Below are positions 9,297-16,821 of a DNA stretch of 32,000 nt, one piece after another; the first letter of the stretch is position 1, and each line of letters starts with the position of its first letter. The DNA lies in NCBI RefSeq assembly GCF_003751635.1, contig NZ_RJVI01000001.1, forward strand, positions 182,733 to 214,732. The letters run 5' to 3'. The notes beneath the pieces were generated by a model. That model was given only the letters and a program-made list of their open reading frames with translations. It had not been told where the DNA came from and did no database searches. The position numbers and the translations under genes were made by a program. The stretch comes from Inmirania thermothiophila (GTDB lineage Bacteria > Pseudomonadota > Gammaproteobacteria > DSM-100275).

Positions 9297-9420
9297 ACGA
9301 GTGTCGGTGCCCGATGCTCACCCGCTATCCCTCCCTTGGCGGGTCGTTCGCCCGGTCTCCCCAGCCGGGCGGTCCTGGGACCCCGGCGTTTTCCCCCCCT
9401 TTTGGCCGGGGTCCTTTTTT
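9297..9420 (+). ncRNA. Candidate small regulatory RNA in the polA-engB spacer (positional analogue of Spot 42/ErsA)
   Basis: A promoter-like motif lies upstream. Four consecutive hairpins can be drawn by eye: 9299-9319, 9320-9344, 9349-9371 and 9378-9414. The large loops are C/U-rich, and the last hairpin is followed by T6. The 5' end is approximate. Confidence 0.55.
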
Positions 9421-10034
9421 GCGCGCGTGCCGAGCTCGAGCCAGGCCGCCACCACGTCGCGCAGCTCCCCCACGCCGGTGCCGTCCACCACCGAGAGCAG
9501 CTGCACCGAGGCTGCATCGGCCAGCTCGCGCCGTACCCGCGCCAGGGCGGCCGCCGCCGGGCCGCGGCGCAGCTTGTCGGCCTTGGTCAGGGCCACGTGC
9601 ACGGCGAGCCCCGCCTCGGCGCACCAGCCGAGGAGCAGGCGGTCGCTCTCGCGCAGGGGATGGCGCACGTCGCTGAGCAGCACCAGCCCGCGCAGGCTCC
9701 GCCGCCGCTGGAGATAGGCGCCGATGGCGGCCTCCCAGCGGCGGCGCAGGGCGAGGGGCGCCCGCGCAAACCCGTAGCCCGGGAGATCCACCAGCCGCCG
9801 CCCCGGATCGCCCACCGCGAAGAAGTGCAGGATCTGGGTCCGCCCCGGCGTCTTCGACGTGCGCGCAAGGCCCCGCACCGCCGCCAGGGCGTTGATGGCC
9901 GAGCTCTTGCCGGCGTTGGAGCGGCCGGCGAAGGCCACCTCCGCGCCCTCGTCCGCGGGCAGGTCGCGCAGCGCCAGGGCGCCGCCCAGGTAGCGCACCC
10001 CCGCAAGGCGCGGATCCGCCTCGATGCCGCCCAT
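9318..10034 (-). CDS. engB: Ribosome biogenesis GTP-binding protein YihA/EngB, with an extended C-terminal tail
   Basis: G1 motif AFAGRSNAGKSSAINAL plus DLPGYG and TKADK motifs. ATG at 10034. The family-like sequence ends near AAWLELG (~9432), and the frame then stays open for a further 37 codons. Confidence 0.9.
   Translation of the reverse strand: MGGIEADPRLAGVRYLGGALALRDLPADEGAEVAFAGRSNAGKSSAINALAAVRGLARTSKTPGRTQILHFFAVGDPGRRLVDLPGYGFARAPLALRRRWEAAIGAYLQRRRSLRGLVLLSDVRHPLRESDRLLLGWCAEAGLAVHVALTKADKLRRGPAAAALARVRRELADAASVQLLSVVDGTGVGELRDVVAAWLELGTRAKKDPGQKGGKTPGSQDRPAGETGRTTRQGRDSG
9378..9420 (+). terminator. Rho-independent terminator
   Basis: 10-bp stem GGACCCCGGC / GCCGGGGTCC with a 17-nt loop, followed by TTTTTT (9415-9420). 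Confidence 0.8.
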
Positions 10035-10095
10035 GACCGCGCAAAACCTCCCTCGGCACAAAAACTTATTGCCGGATAAAGCGCGCGCGCCGGCC

Positions 10096-10124
10096 TTGAC
10101 CCCCCATCGGCCTGCTGGTATACA
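10096..10124 (+). promoter_or_regulatory. Sigma70-type promoter candidate for the cytochrome c5/c4/dsbA genes
   Basis: TTGACC (10096-10101), 17-nt spacer, TATACA (10119-10124), about 80 nt upstream of the cytochrome c5 ATG. Confidence 0.5.
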
Positions 10125-10205
10125 GTCCGGGCCTTTTTTCCGTGATCCGGGGGGCCCGGCGCGCGCCGCCGGACAAGCATCCGTCAACGACGAGGAGGGA
10201 GCAAG

Positions 10206-10508
10206 ATGAGGAAGCTCGCCATCGGTCTCGCCGCCGCCGCCGCCCTCGGCGCCGGCGCCGCCCACGCCGCCAGCGGCGAGGAGATCTACAAGCAGGTCTG
10301 CTTCGCCTGCCACGCCACCGGCGCCGCCGGCGCGCCCAAGGTCGGCGACAAGGCCGCCTGGGCCCCGCGCATCGCCCAGGGCATGGACACGCTGGTGCAG
10401 CGCGCCATGAACGGCTTCAACGCGATGCCGCCCAAGGGGACCTGCGGCCAGTGCTCGGAGGCGGACATCCGCGCCGTGGTGGAGTACATGGTGAGCCAGT
10501 CCAAGTGA
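10206..10508 (+). CDS. Cytochrome c5 family monoheme cytochrome
   Basis: 100 aa with a signal peptide and one CFACH heme site. The CGQC cysteine pair is typical of cytochrome c5. SD GGAGGGAG. Confidence 0.85.
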   Translation: MRKLAIGLAAAAALGAGAAHAASGEEIYKQVCFACHATGAAGAPKVGDKAAWAPRIAQGMDTLVQRAMNGFNAMPPKGTCGQCSEADIRAVVEYMVSQSK

Positions 10509-10534
10509 CCGGCGCCGGGGGAGGGATCGAGACC

Positions 10535-11143
10535 ATGTGGCGCGTAGCGAGCCTGGTGCTGCTCACGATGGGCGTCGTGGGCCTGACCCACGCCGCCGGG
10601 GACCCGGAGGCGGGCAAGGCCAAGACGCAGCTCTGCGCGGGCTGCCACGGCGCCGACGGCAACAGCGTCAACCCGCTGTGGCCGAACCTCGCGGGCCAGC
10701 ATCCGAAGTACCTCGAGGCGCAGCTTCGCGCCTTCAAGTCCGGGGCGCGGAAGGACCCCACCATGAGCCCCATGGCGGCCACGGTCCAGGACGGGGACAT
10801 CCCGGACATCGCCGCCTACTTCGCCGCCCAGACGGTCAAGGCGTCCGCCGTCACCGCCTCCGAGGAGGTGCTGGCGGAGGGCCGCAAGATCTATCTGGGC
10901 GGCATCGCGGAGACCCGCACCGCGGCCTGCGCCGGCTGCCACGGCCCCCGGGGCCAGGGCAACGGCCCGGCCGGGTTCCCGGCCCTCGCGGGCCAGAAGG
11001 CCCAGTACGTGGCCAAGCAGCTCAAGGACTTCCGCGCCGGGACACGGGCCACCGACCCCAACGGCATGATGCGCGACGTGGCGAAGCGGATGACCGACGC
11101 CGAGATCGCGGCGGTCGCCGCCTACATCGCCTCGCTGCGCTGA
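10535..11143 (+). CDS. cc4: Diheme cytochrome c4
   Basis: Signal peptide and two CxxCH sites (CAGCH twice), with duplicated domains showing cytochrome c4-like spacing. ATG at 10535 follows SD GGGGGAGGGA. Confidence 0.9.
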   Translation: MWRVASLVLLTMGVVGLTHAAGDPEAGKAKTQLCAGCHGADGNSVNPLWPNLAGQHPKYLEAQLRAFKSGARKDPTMSPMAATVQDGDIPDIAAYFAAQTVKASAVTASEEVLAEGRKIYLGGIAETRTAACAGCHGPRGQGNGPAGFPALAGQKAQYVAKQLKDFRAGTRATDPNGMMRDVAKRMTDAEIAAVAAYIASLR

Positions 11144-11169
11144 CGGCCGATCCCCCACCGAGCCTGCGG

Positions 11170-11192
11170 AGGGCGGCCCGTGCGGCCGCCCT
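11170..11192 (+). terminator. GC-rich hairpin after cc4 (possible attenuator or terminator, no U-tract)
   Basis: 9-bp stem AGGGCGGCC / GGCCGCCCT with a 5-nt loop, followed by the T-poor TCCGCTTCC. Confidence 0.3.
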
Positions 11193-11278
11193 TCCGCTTC
11201 CGGCCCTTGCACGGCACGCCGACGCCCGATACCTTCCGGACTCGTCACCACGCTTGCCATGAACCACGGAGCCAGGCC

Positions 11279-11896
11279 ATGACCATCCGGCGCATCCTTT
11301 CCGCGCTCGTCCTCGTCCTCGGCCTCGCCCGCGCGGCCGGCGCCGCCGAGTACGAGCCCCTCGCGCAGCCCCTGCCCACCGCCGACCCCGCCAAGGTGGA
11401 GGTGGTGGAGGTCTTCTGGTACGGCTGCCCCCACTGCTACCGGCTGCTGCCGTACATGGAGCGCTGGCTGCGCCACAAGCCCGACTACGTGCTCTACCGC
11501 CGCCTGCCCGGGATCCTCCGCCCGGAGTGGGCCCTGCACGCGCGCGCCTACTACACGGCGGAGATCCTCGGCGTCGCCGACGAGCTGCACCGCCCCCTCT
11601 TCGACGCCATCCACGCCGAGCGCCGCCCCCTGGACACCGAGCAGGCGCTGGAGGACTTCTTCGCCGAGCACGGGGTGGACCGCGAGGCCTTCCGCCGCAC
11701 CTTCCGCTCCTTCGCGGTGGAGACCCGGGTGCGCCAGGCGCGGGCGCTGATGCAGCGCTACGGGGTCCAGGGCACCCCCACCGTGATCGTCAACGGCAAG
11801 TACCGCACCGACGGCAGCATGGCGGGGAGCTACGCCGACCTCGTGCGCGTGGTGCAGCAGCTGGTGGAGCGGGAGGCCGAGGCGCTGCGCCGCTGA
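11279..11896 (+). CDS. dsbA: Thiol:disulfide interchange protein DsbA
   Basis: Signal peptide and the FWYGCPHCY active site (CPHC), with a thioredoxin fold carrying a helical insert. ATG at 11279 follows ACGGAG. Confidence 0.9.
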   Translation: MTIRRILSALVLVLGLARAAGAAEYEPLAQPLPTADPAKVEVVEVFWYGCPHCYRLLPYMERWLRHKPDYVLYRRLPGILRPEWALHARAYYTAEILGVADELHRPLFDAIHAERRPLDTEQALEDFFAEHGVDREAFRRTFRSFAVETRVRQARALMQRYGVQGTPTVIVNGKYRTDGSMAGSYADLVRVVQQLVEREAEALRR

Positions 11897-11930
11897 GGGC
11901 GGGCCACGGGTGCCGGCAGCGGCGGCCGCC

Positions 11931-12713
11931 ATGCGCCTGCGCCTGCTCAGCTACAACATCCAGACCGGGATCAGCACCCGCGCCTATCACGAGTACCTGA
12001 CCAAGGGCTGGCGCCACGTCCTGCCCTCGGCACGGCGCCAGGCCAACCTCGACCGCATCGCCCAGGTGGTGGCGGCCTACGACGTCGTCGGCCTGCAGGA
12101 GGTGGACGGCGGCAGCCTGCGCTCGGGCTACATCAACCAGGTGGAGTACCTCGCCCTGCGCGCCGGCTTCCCCTGGTGGCACAGCCAGATCAACCGCAAC
12201 CTCGGGCGCCTGGCCCAGCACGCCAACGGCCTGCTCAGCCGCCTGCGGCCCACCGAGATCCGCGAGCACCGCCTCCCCGGCCGCATCCCGGGGCGCGGCG
12301 CGCTGTTCGTGCGCTACGGCGACGACCCGCCGCTGGTGCTGCTGATCCTCCACCTCGCCCTCGGCGCCCGCGCGCGCAGGGCCCAGCTCGCCTACGTCGC
12401 GGAGCTCGCGGGCCGCTACCCCCACGTCGTCCTCATGGGGGACATGAACTGCCGCGCGAGCCCCCTCGACGAGACCGACGCCTTCGCCGGCACCGGCCTG
12501 CAGGAGCCGCCCGGGCTCGGGCCCACCTTTCCGAGCTGGGCACCGCGACGGTGCATCGACCGCCTCCTCGTCTCGCCGAGCCTGCGCGTGCACCGTCTCG
12601 AGGTCCTGCCCTGCACCTGCTCCGACCACCTCCCGGTGGCCGCCGAGATCGACCTGCCGCCGGACCTCGCCGCCTCGGTGGCCGCCTGTCGCGTGGATCT
12701 CGCCGCGACCTGA
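11931..12713 (+). CDS. Endonuclease/exonuclease/phosphatase (EEP) family protein
   Basis: The MRLRLLSYNIQ N-terminus, the GLQEVD, GDMN and a C-terminal SDHLPV motifs are typical of the EEP fold. An alternative GTG start at 11910 is preceded by GAGGG. Confidence 0.8.
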   Translation: MRLRLLSYNIQTGISTRAYHEYLTKGWRHVLPSARRQANLDRIAQVVAAYDVVGLQEVDGGSLRSGYINQVEYLALRAGFPWWHSQINRNLGRLAQHANGLLSRLRPTEIREHRLPGRIPGRGALFVRYGDDPPLVLLILHLALGARARRAQLAYVAELAGRYPHVVLMGDMNCRASPLDETDAFAGTGLQEPPGLGPTFPSWAPRRCIDRLLVSPSLRVHRLEVLPCTCSDHLPVAAEIDLPPDLAASVAACRVDLAAT

Positions 12714-12753
12714 GCCGCCGCGGCGGCTATCCTCTCCGGGAAGGGAGGCCGCC

Positions 12754-14247
12754 ATGGAAGACGACTGGAAGCGCCGCTACCTCGACCTCGTGCGCGAGAG
12801 CGAGGAGGAGCTCAAGGCGCTGGAGCGCGCCCAGCACCTGCTGCACCGGGTGGCGGCGCGGCTGGCCCTCGTCGCCGAGGGCGTCTACCCGGACGTCGAT
12901 CCGCTGCTCGCCGACCTGCGCCGGGCCCTGCGCGACGAGGACGCGGCCGCGGTGGACCGCGCCCTCCACGAGCTCGAGGCCCTGCTGCGCTCGCGCGACC
13001 TCGGCGAGCCTCCCGTGAGCGCGGCGGAGTTCGCCGCCGCGCTCCTCGACGCCCTGCGCGCCCACGGCGGTACCGAGCCGCCGGAGGCGCTGGCGCAGCT
13101 CGCCGAGGGGCGCCTGCGCCGGCGCGAGCTCGCCGCCCTCGCCCGCGCCCTCGCCGAGGCCGCAACCCGCCGCGCCGCCGCACCGCAGGCCGCCCCGGCC
13201 CCGAGTGCGGAGCGGCTGCGCACCGCGCTGCTGGGCCTGGTGGCGCGCCTCGAGGGGTGCGAGCCGGTGGCGGTGCAGGGGCAGGGGCTTGCGCGGCGCA
13301 TCGAGGAGGCGGAAGGCGACGGGGCGCTGGCGGTGTTGCTCGAGGAGGCGGCCGACCTCGTCGGCGCCGCCATCGACGCCCTGCGCCACGCCCGCGACGA
13401 CGTCGCCCGGCTCCTCGCCGGCGTCGACGAGCGCCTCGCCGAGCTGGCCGAGGCCGCCGAAGGCGTGCGCACGCTGGATGCCGAGCGCCGCGAGGCGGCG
13501 GAGAGCCTCGAGGCCGCGGTGCACCGGGAGACCGCCGGGCTGCGCGCCGAGGCCGCCGCGGCCACCGACCTCGAGGCCCTGCGCCGCTCCATCGAGACCC
13601 GTCTCACCGCCATCGAGCGGCACCTGCGCGAGCACGGGGCCCGGGAGCGGGCGCGGGAAGAGCGGGCCGAGGGCCTGGTGCGGCGCCTGCTCGCCCGCCT
13701 GCGCGAGGCCGAGGGCGAGATCCGCGGCCTGCGCGAGCGCCTCGGCGACACCGAGCGGGCCCTCGGGGTCGACCCCCTGACCGGGATCGCCAACCGGCGG
13801 GCCTGGGAGGCGCGCCTCGGCGAGGAGGTCGAGCGCTGGCGCCGCTACCGCACGCCGCTGGCCCTGGCGGTGGCCGACGTCGACCGCTTCAAGGCCATCA
13901 ACGACGGCTTCGGCCACCGCGCCGGCGACAAGGTCCTGCGCACCCTGGCCCAGTACCTGCGGCGGCGGCTGCGCCGCAGCGACTTCGTCGCCCGCTACGG
14001 GGGCGAGGAGTTCGCCATCCTGCTGCCGCAGACGGATCTGGAGGCGGCACGGCGGCTCGCCGAGGCGCTGCGCGAGGCGGTGGCCGCCCTCGGATTCCAC
14101 TACCGCGAGCGCCCGGTGCCGGTGACGGTGTCCATCGGCGTGACCGAGCTGCGCGAGGGCGACGATGCGGAAAGCGCCTTCGAGCGCGCCGACCGCGCCC
14201 TCTACGAGGCCAAGCGGGCCGGGCGCAACCGGGTCGTCGCGGCGTGA
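12754..14247 (+). CDS. Diguanylate cyclase (GGDEF) with a long helical N-terminal region
   Basis: The C-terminal GGDEF domain has GGEEF at 13999-14013 and an RRSD (RxxD) I-site five residues upstream. The N-terminal ~330 aa are Ala/Glu/Arg/Leu-rich and helical, with no TM segment or recognisable sensor domain. Confidence 0.9.
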   Translation: MEDDWKRRYLDLVRESEEELKALERAQHLLHRVAARLALVAEGVYPDVDPLLADLRRALRDEDAAAVDRALHELEALLRSRDLGEPPVSAAEFAAALLDALRAHGGTEPPEALAQLAEGRLRRRELAALARALAEAATRRAAAPQAAPAPSAERLRTALLGLVARLEGCEPVAVQGQGLARRIEEAEGDGALAVLLEEAADLVGAAIDALRHARDDVARLLAGVDERLAELAEAAEGVRTLDAERREAAESLEAAVHRETAGLRAEAAAATDLEALRRSIETRLTAIERHLREHGARERAREERAEGLVRRLLARLREAEGEIRGLRERLGDTERALGVDPLTGIANRRAWEARLGEEVERWRRYRTPLALAVADVDRFKAINDGFGHRAGDKVLRTLAQYLRRRLRRSDFVARYGGEEFAILLPQTDLEAARRLAEALREAVAALGFHYRERPVPVTVSIGVTELREGDDAESAFERADRALYEAKRAGRNRVVAA

Positions 14248-14747
14248 ACGCGCACCCGCCCTACTTCGCCTACGGCTCCAACCTGCATCCGCCGCGGCTG
14301 CGGGCGCGGCTGGGTGCGGTGCCGGTGCTCGCCGCCGCCGAGCTGCCGGGGCATCGGCTCCGCCTCGACAAGCGCGGCGGCGACGGCTCGGGCAAGGCGC
14401 GGCCGGCCCCCGACCCCGCCGGCCGCGTCCACGGCCTCCTCTATCGCGTGGCGGCACCCGGCCTGGACCGCCTTGACGCCATCGAGGGGCCGGGCTACCG
14501 GCGGGTGCGGGTGCGCGTACGCACCCTCGCGGGGGAATGGATCGTCGCCTGGACCTACCTCGCCCGCCAGGGCTGGTGCGACCCCGCCCTGCGCCCCTTC
14601 GACTGGTACCGCGATCTCGTCCTCGCCGGGGCACGGGCGGCCGCGGCCCCCGCCGCCTATCTGGCCGCGCTGGCCGCCCTGCCGGTGCGCGCCGATCCCG
14701 ACCGCGCCCGCGCCGCGCGTCACCGCGCCCTCGCGGGCCTGCGCTGA
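14244..14747 (+). CDS. Gamma-glutamylcyclotransferase (AIG2/GGCT-like) family protein
   Basis: The YFAYGSNL N-terminal motif and the D..EG..Y motif are typical of the GGCT/AIG2 fold. The GTG start overlaps the cyclase stop (GTGA). Confidence 0.7.
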   Translation: MNAHPPYFAYGSNLHPPRLRARLGAVPVLAAAELPGHRLRLDKRGGDGSGKARPAPDPAGRVHGLLYRVAAPGLDRLDAIEGPGYRRVRVRVRTLAGEWIVAWTYLARQGWCDPALRPFDWYRDLVLAGARAAAAPAAYLAALAALPVRADPDRARAARHRALAGLR

Positions 14748-14758
14748 GGCGTCCCGCC

Positions 14759-15700
14759 TCAGCCCCCCTGGCGGGCGAAGGCCAGCCCCTTCTCGATGTT
14801 GGCCTCGAGGGTGGGGAGCATGGCCTCGTAGAGCTCGCGCTCGAGGGCGCTGAGCTCGCCGTAGGGCAGGATCTCCTCCACACCGCCGCGGCCGAGGCGG
14901 ACCGGGGTGGCGAAGAACTCGGTGGGCATCCCGTCCACCTGGACGTAGCTGCACATCACCGACTCCTCCCCCTCGAGCCCGCGCAGCACCGCAAGCGTGA
15001 AGCGCAGCGCCGCCTCGGCCATGGAGAGGGTGGCGGAGCCGGCGCCGGCCTTGGCCTCCACCACCTCGGTGCCCGCGTTCTGGATCCGCGCGGTGAGGGC
15101 GCGCGCCTCCTCGTCGCTGAAGGACACCCCGGGGATCTGCGACAGCAGCGGCAGGATGGTGTTGCCGCTGTGGCCGCCGATGACGCGCACGTCGAGGTCG
15201 CGCGGGTCCAGGCCCTTGGCCTCGGCGACGAAGGTGTTGGCGCGGATGACGTCGAGGGTGGTGACGCCGAAGACCTTGCGCCGGTCGTAGACCCCGGCCT
15301 GGCGCAGGGTCTCGGCGGCGATGGGCACGGTGGAGTTGACCGGGTTGGTGATGATCAGCCAGCAGACCTGCGGGCAGGCCTCGGCGCCGGCGCGGGCGAG
15401 ATCGCGCACGATCCCGGCGTTGACGTTGAAGAGGTCGTCCCGGGTCATGCCCGGCTTGCGCGGCACCCCCGCCGGGACGACGACGATGTCGGCGCCCGAG
15501 AGCGCCTCGCCGAGGGCGTCCTTGCCGTGGCCGGTGACCTTCACCGGCGTGGGGATGTGGCTGAGGTCGGCGGCGACCCCGGGCACCACCGGGTTGACGT
15601 CGTAGAGGGCCAGCTCCGAGCCGGCCGGGAGCTGGTTCTTGAGCAGCAGCGAGAGCGGCTGGCCGATCCCGCCCGCCGCGCCGAGCACCGCGATCTTCAT
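14759..15700 (-). CDS. mdh: Malate dehydrogenase (E. coli type)
   Basis: [21 protein letters not shown]..., with IITNPVNS and VIGGHSG motifs. ATG at 15700 follows SD GAGGGGGAG. Confidence 0.97.
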   Translation of the reverse strand: MKIAVLGAAGGIGQPLSLLLKNQLPAGSELALYDVNPVVPGVAADLSHIPTPVKVTGHGKDALGEALSGADIVVVPAGVPRKPGMTRDDLFNVNAGIVRDLARAGAEACPQVCWLIITNPVNSTVPIAAETLRQAGVYDRRKVFGVTTLDVIRANTFVAEAKGLDPRDLDVRVIGGHSGNTILPLLSQIPGVSFSDEEARALTARIQNAGTEVVEAKAGAGSATLSMAEAALRFTLAVLRGLEGEESVMCSYVQVDGMPTEFFATPVRLGRGGVEEILPYGELSALERELYEAMLPTLEANIEKGLAFARQGG

Positions 15701-15752
15701 GGGTCGTCTCCCCCTCGGTTGGAGTCCTTCGCCCCCGCCGGGCGACGCCCGG

Positions 15753-15781
15753 ATTCTACGGAAGGGGGGGCGTCCGCACAA
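15753..15781 (-). promoter_or_regulatory. Sigma70-type promoter candidate for mdh
   Basis: On the minus strand: TTGTGC (15781-15776), 17-nt spacer, TAGAAT (15758-15753), about 50 nt upstream of the mdh ATG. Confidence 0.5.
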
Positions 15782-15794
15782 TCCGTTATGGGGG

Positions 15795-16802
15795 TCATAA
15801 CCATTTCACCGGTCCGGCCCGGCGCAGCAGCGCGGCCAGGCGCGCCCCCTCCACGTTGCCGCCCGAGGCCACCACCACCGCCGTGCGCGTCCCCTCCGGG
15901 AGGCGGCCGGCGAGCGCGGCGGCGAGGGCCGCCGCCCCCGAGGGCTCGAGCACCAGGTGCAGGGCCTCGGCCGCCACCGCCATCGCCCGCACCACCTCGC
16001 GGTCCTCCACCGTGCACGCGCCGGCGAGGAGGCGGCGGTTGATCTCGAAGGTGAGGGCGCCCGGCTCCGGGGCCTGCAGCGCATCGCACAGGGTCGCCGC
16101 GAGGGCGGGGTTGCGCACGCGCCGGCCCGCGGCCAGCGAGCGCGCGGTGTCGTCGCAGGCGGCGGGCTCCACCGCCAGCACCGCGGTCCCGGGGAGGGCG
16201 AGGGCGCAGCCGGCCGCCAGACCGCCCCCGCCGCAGGGCACCAGGACCGCGTCGGGGCGCAGCCCCGCCGCCTCGCACTGGGCCGCGATCTCGAGCCCCA
16301 CGGTGCCCTGGCCGGCGATCACCTCGGGGTCGTCGTAGGGCCGCACGAGGGTGGCGCCGAGCTCGGCGGAGAGCGCCTCGCCGATGGCCTCGCGCGACTC
16401 GCGCCGGCGGTCGTAGGTGACGATCCGGGCGCCGTGGGCGCGGGTGCGCGCGAGCTTGATGGGCGGCGCGTCCGCGGGCATCACCACGGTGGCCGGCACG
16501 CCCAGGGCGGCGGCCGCCGCCGCCACCGCCTGGGCGTGGTTTCCTGAGGAGTAGGCGACGACGCCGCGGCGCCGCCGCGCCGGCGGGATGGCGAGGATGC
16601 GGTTGAGGGCGCCGCGGATCTTGAAGGAGCCGGTGTGCTGGAGCGACTCGGCCTTGACCAGGAGGCGCAGGCCGAGGTGGCGGTCGAGGAGGGCGCAGCC
16701 CAGGAGCGGCGTGCGCCGCACGCGCCCGCGCAGGCGCCTCGCCGCCCGCGCCACCGCGACGGCATCCGGAAGCCCCTCGCGATGCCCGTCCTCGCCGTCC
16801 AC
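15795..16802 (-). CDS. Threonine/serine dehydratase family PLP enzyme (TdcB-like, no ACT domain)
   Basis: [15 protein letters not shown]-lysine motif, SSGNHAQ and the GGGGL glycine loop. The start is ambiguous: the GTG at 16802 lies downstream of the rocD stop, while the longest ORF starts with the GTG at 16871, which overlaps rocD by 50 nt. Confidence 0.8.
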   Translation of the reverse strand: MDGEDGHREGLPDAVAVARAARRLRGRVRRTPLLGCALLDRHLGLRLLVKAESLQHTGSFKIRGALNRILAIPPARRRRGVVAYSSGNHAQAVAAAAAALGVPATVVMPADAPPIKLARTRAHGARIVTYDRRRESREAIGEALSAELGATLVRPYDDPEVIAGQGTVGLEIAAQCEAAGLRPDAVLVPCGGGGLAAGCALALPGTAVLAVEPAACDDTARSLAAGRRVRNPALAATLCDALQAPEPGALTFEINRRLLAGACTVEDREVVRAMAVAAEALHLVLEPSGAAALAAALAGRLPEGTRTAVVVASGGNVEGARLAALLRRAGPVKWL

Positions 16803-16821
16803 GGCGCCAGTATAGGCGCCC

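Noticed and set aside
9301-9717. 138-aa + strand ORF (GTG start) beginning inside the polA-engB spacer
   Set aside because: It runs antisense through engB, has no SD, and its translation is Ser/Pro/Arg-rich noise. The spacer is better explained by a structured RNA with its own terminator at 9420.
9248-12723. 14-nt identity CTGAGCCGCCGCGG at the polA stop (9248-9261) and the EEP gene stop (12710-12723)
   Set aside because: As a repeat it is within chance expectation for GC-rich low-complexity sequence. The meaningful part (the stop context) is reported separately.
11910-14247. EEP nuclease-fold gene plus nucleotide cyclase read as a CBASS-like or other anti-phage signalling pair
   Set aside because: The cyclase is a canonical GGDEF enzyme with an I-site, not a CD-NTase. 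The pair sits in a conserved core synteny block after dsbA. There are no flanking mobile or defence hallmarks.
12727-14883. 718-aa minus-strand ORF antisense to the GGDEF and GGCT genes. The same judgement applies to similar long antisense ORFs at 16912-18384, 22314-24083 and 29399-30649.
   Set aside because: They show the same low-complexity, codon-position-inverted pattern, and each is opposite a gene with clear family motifs.
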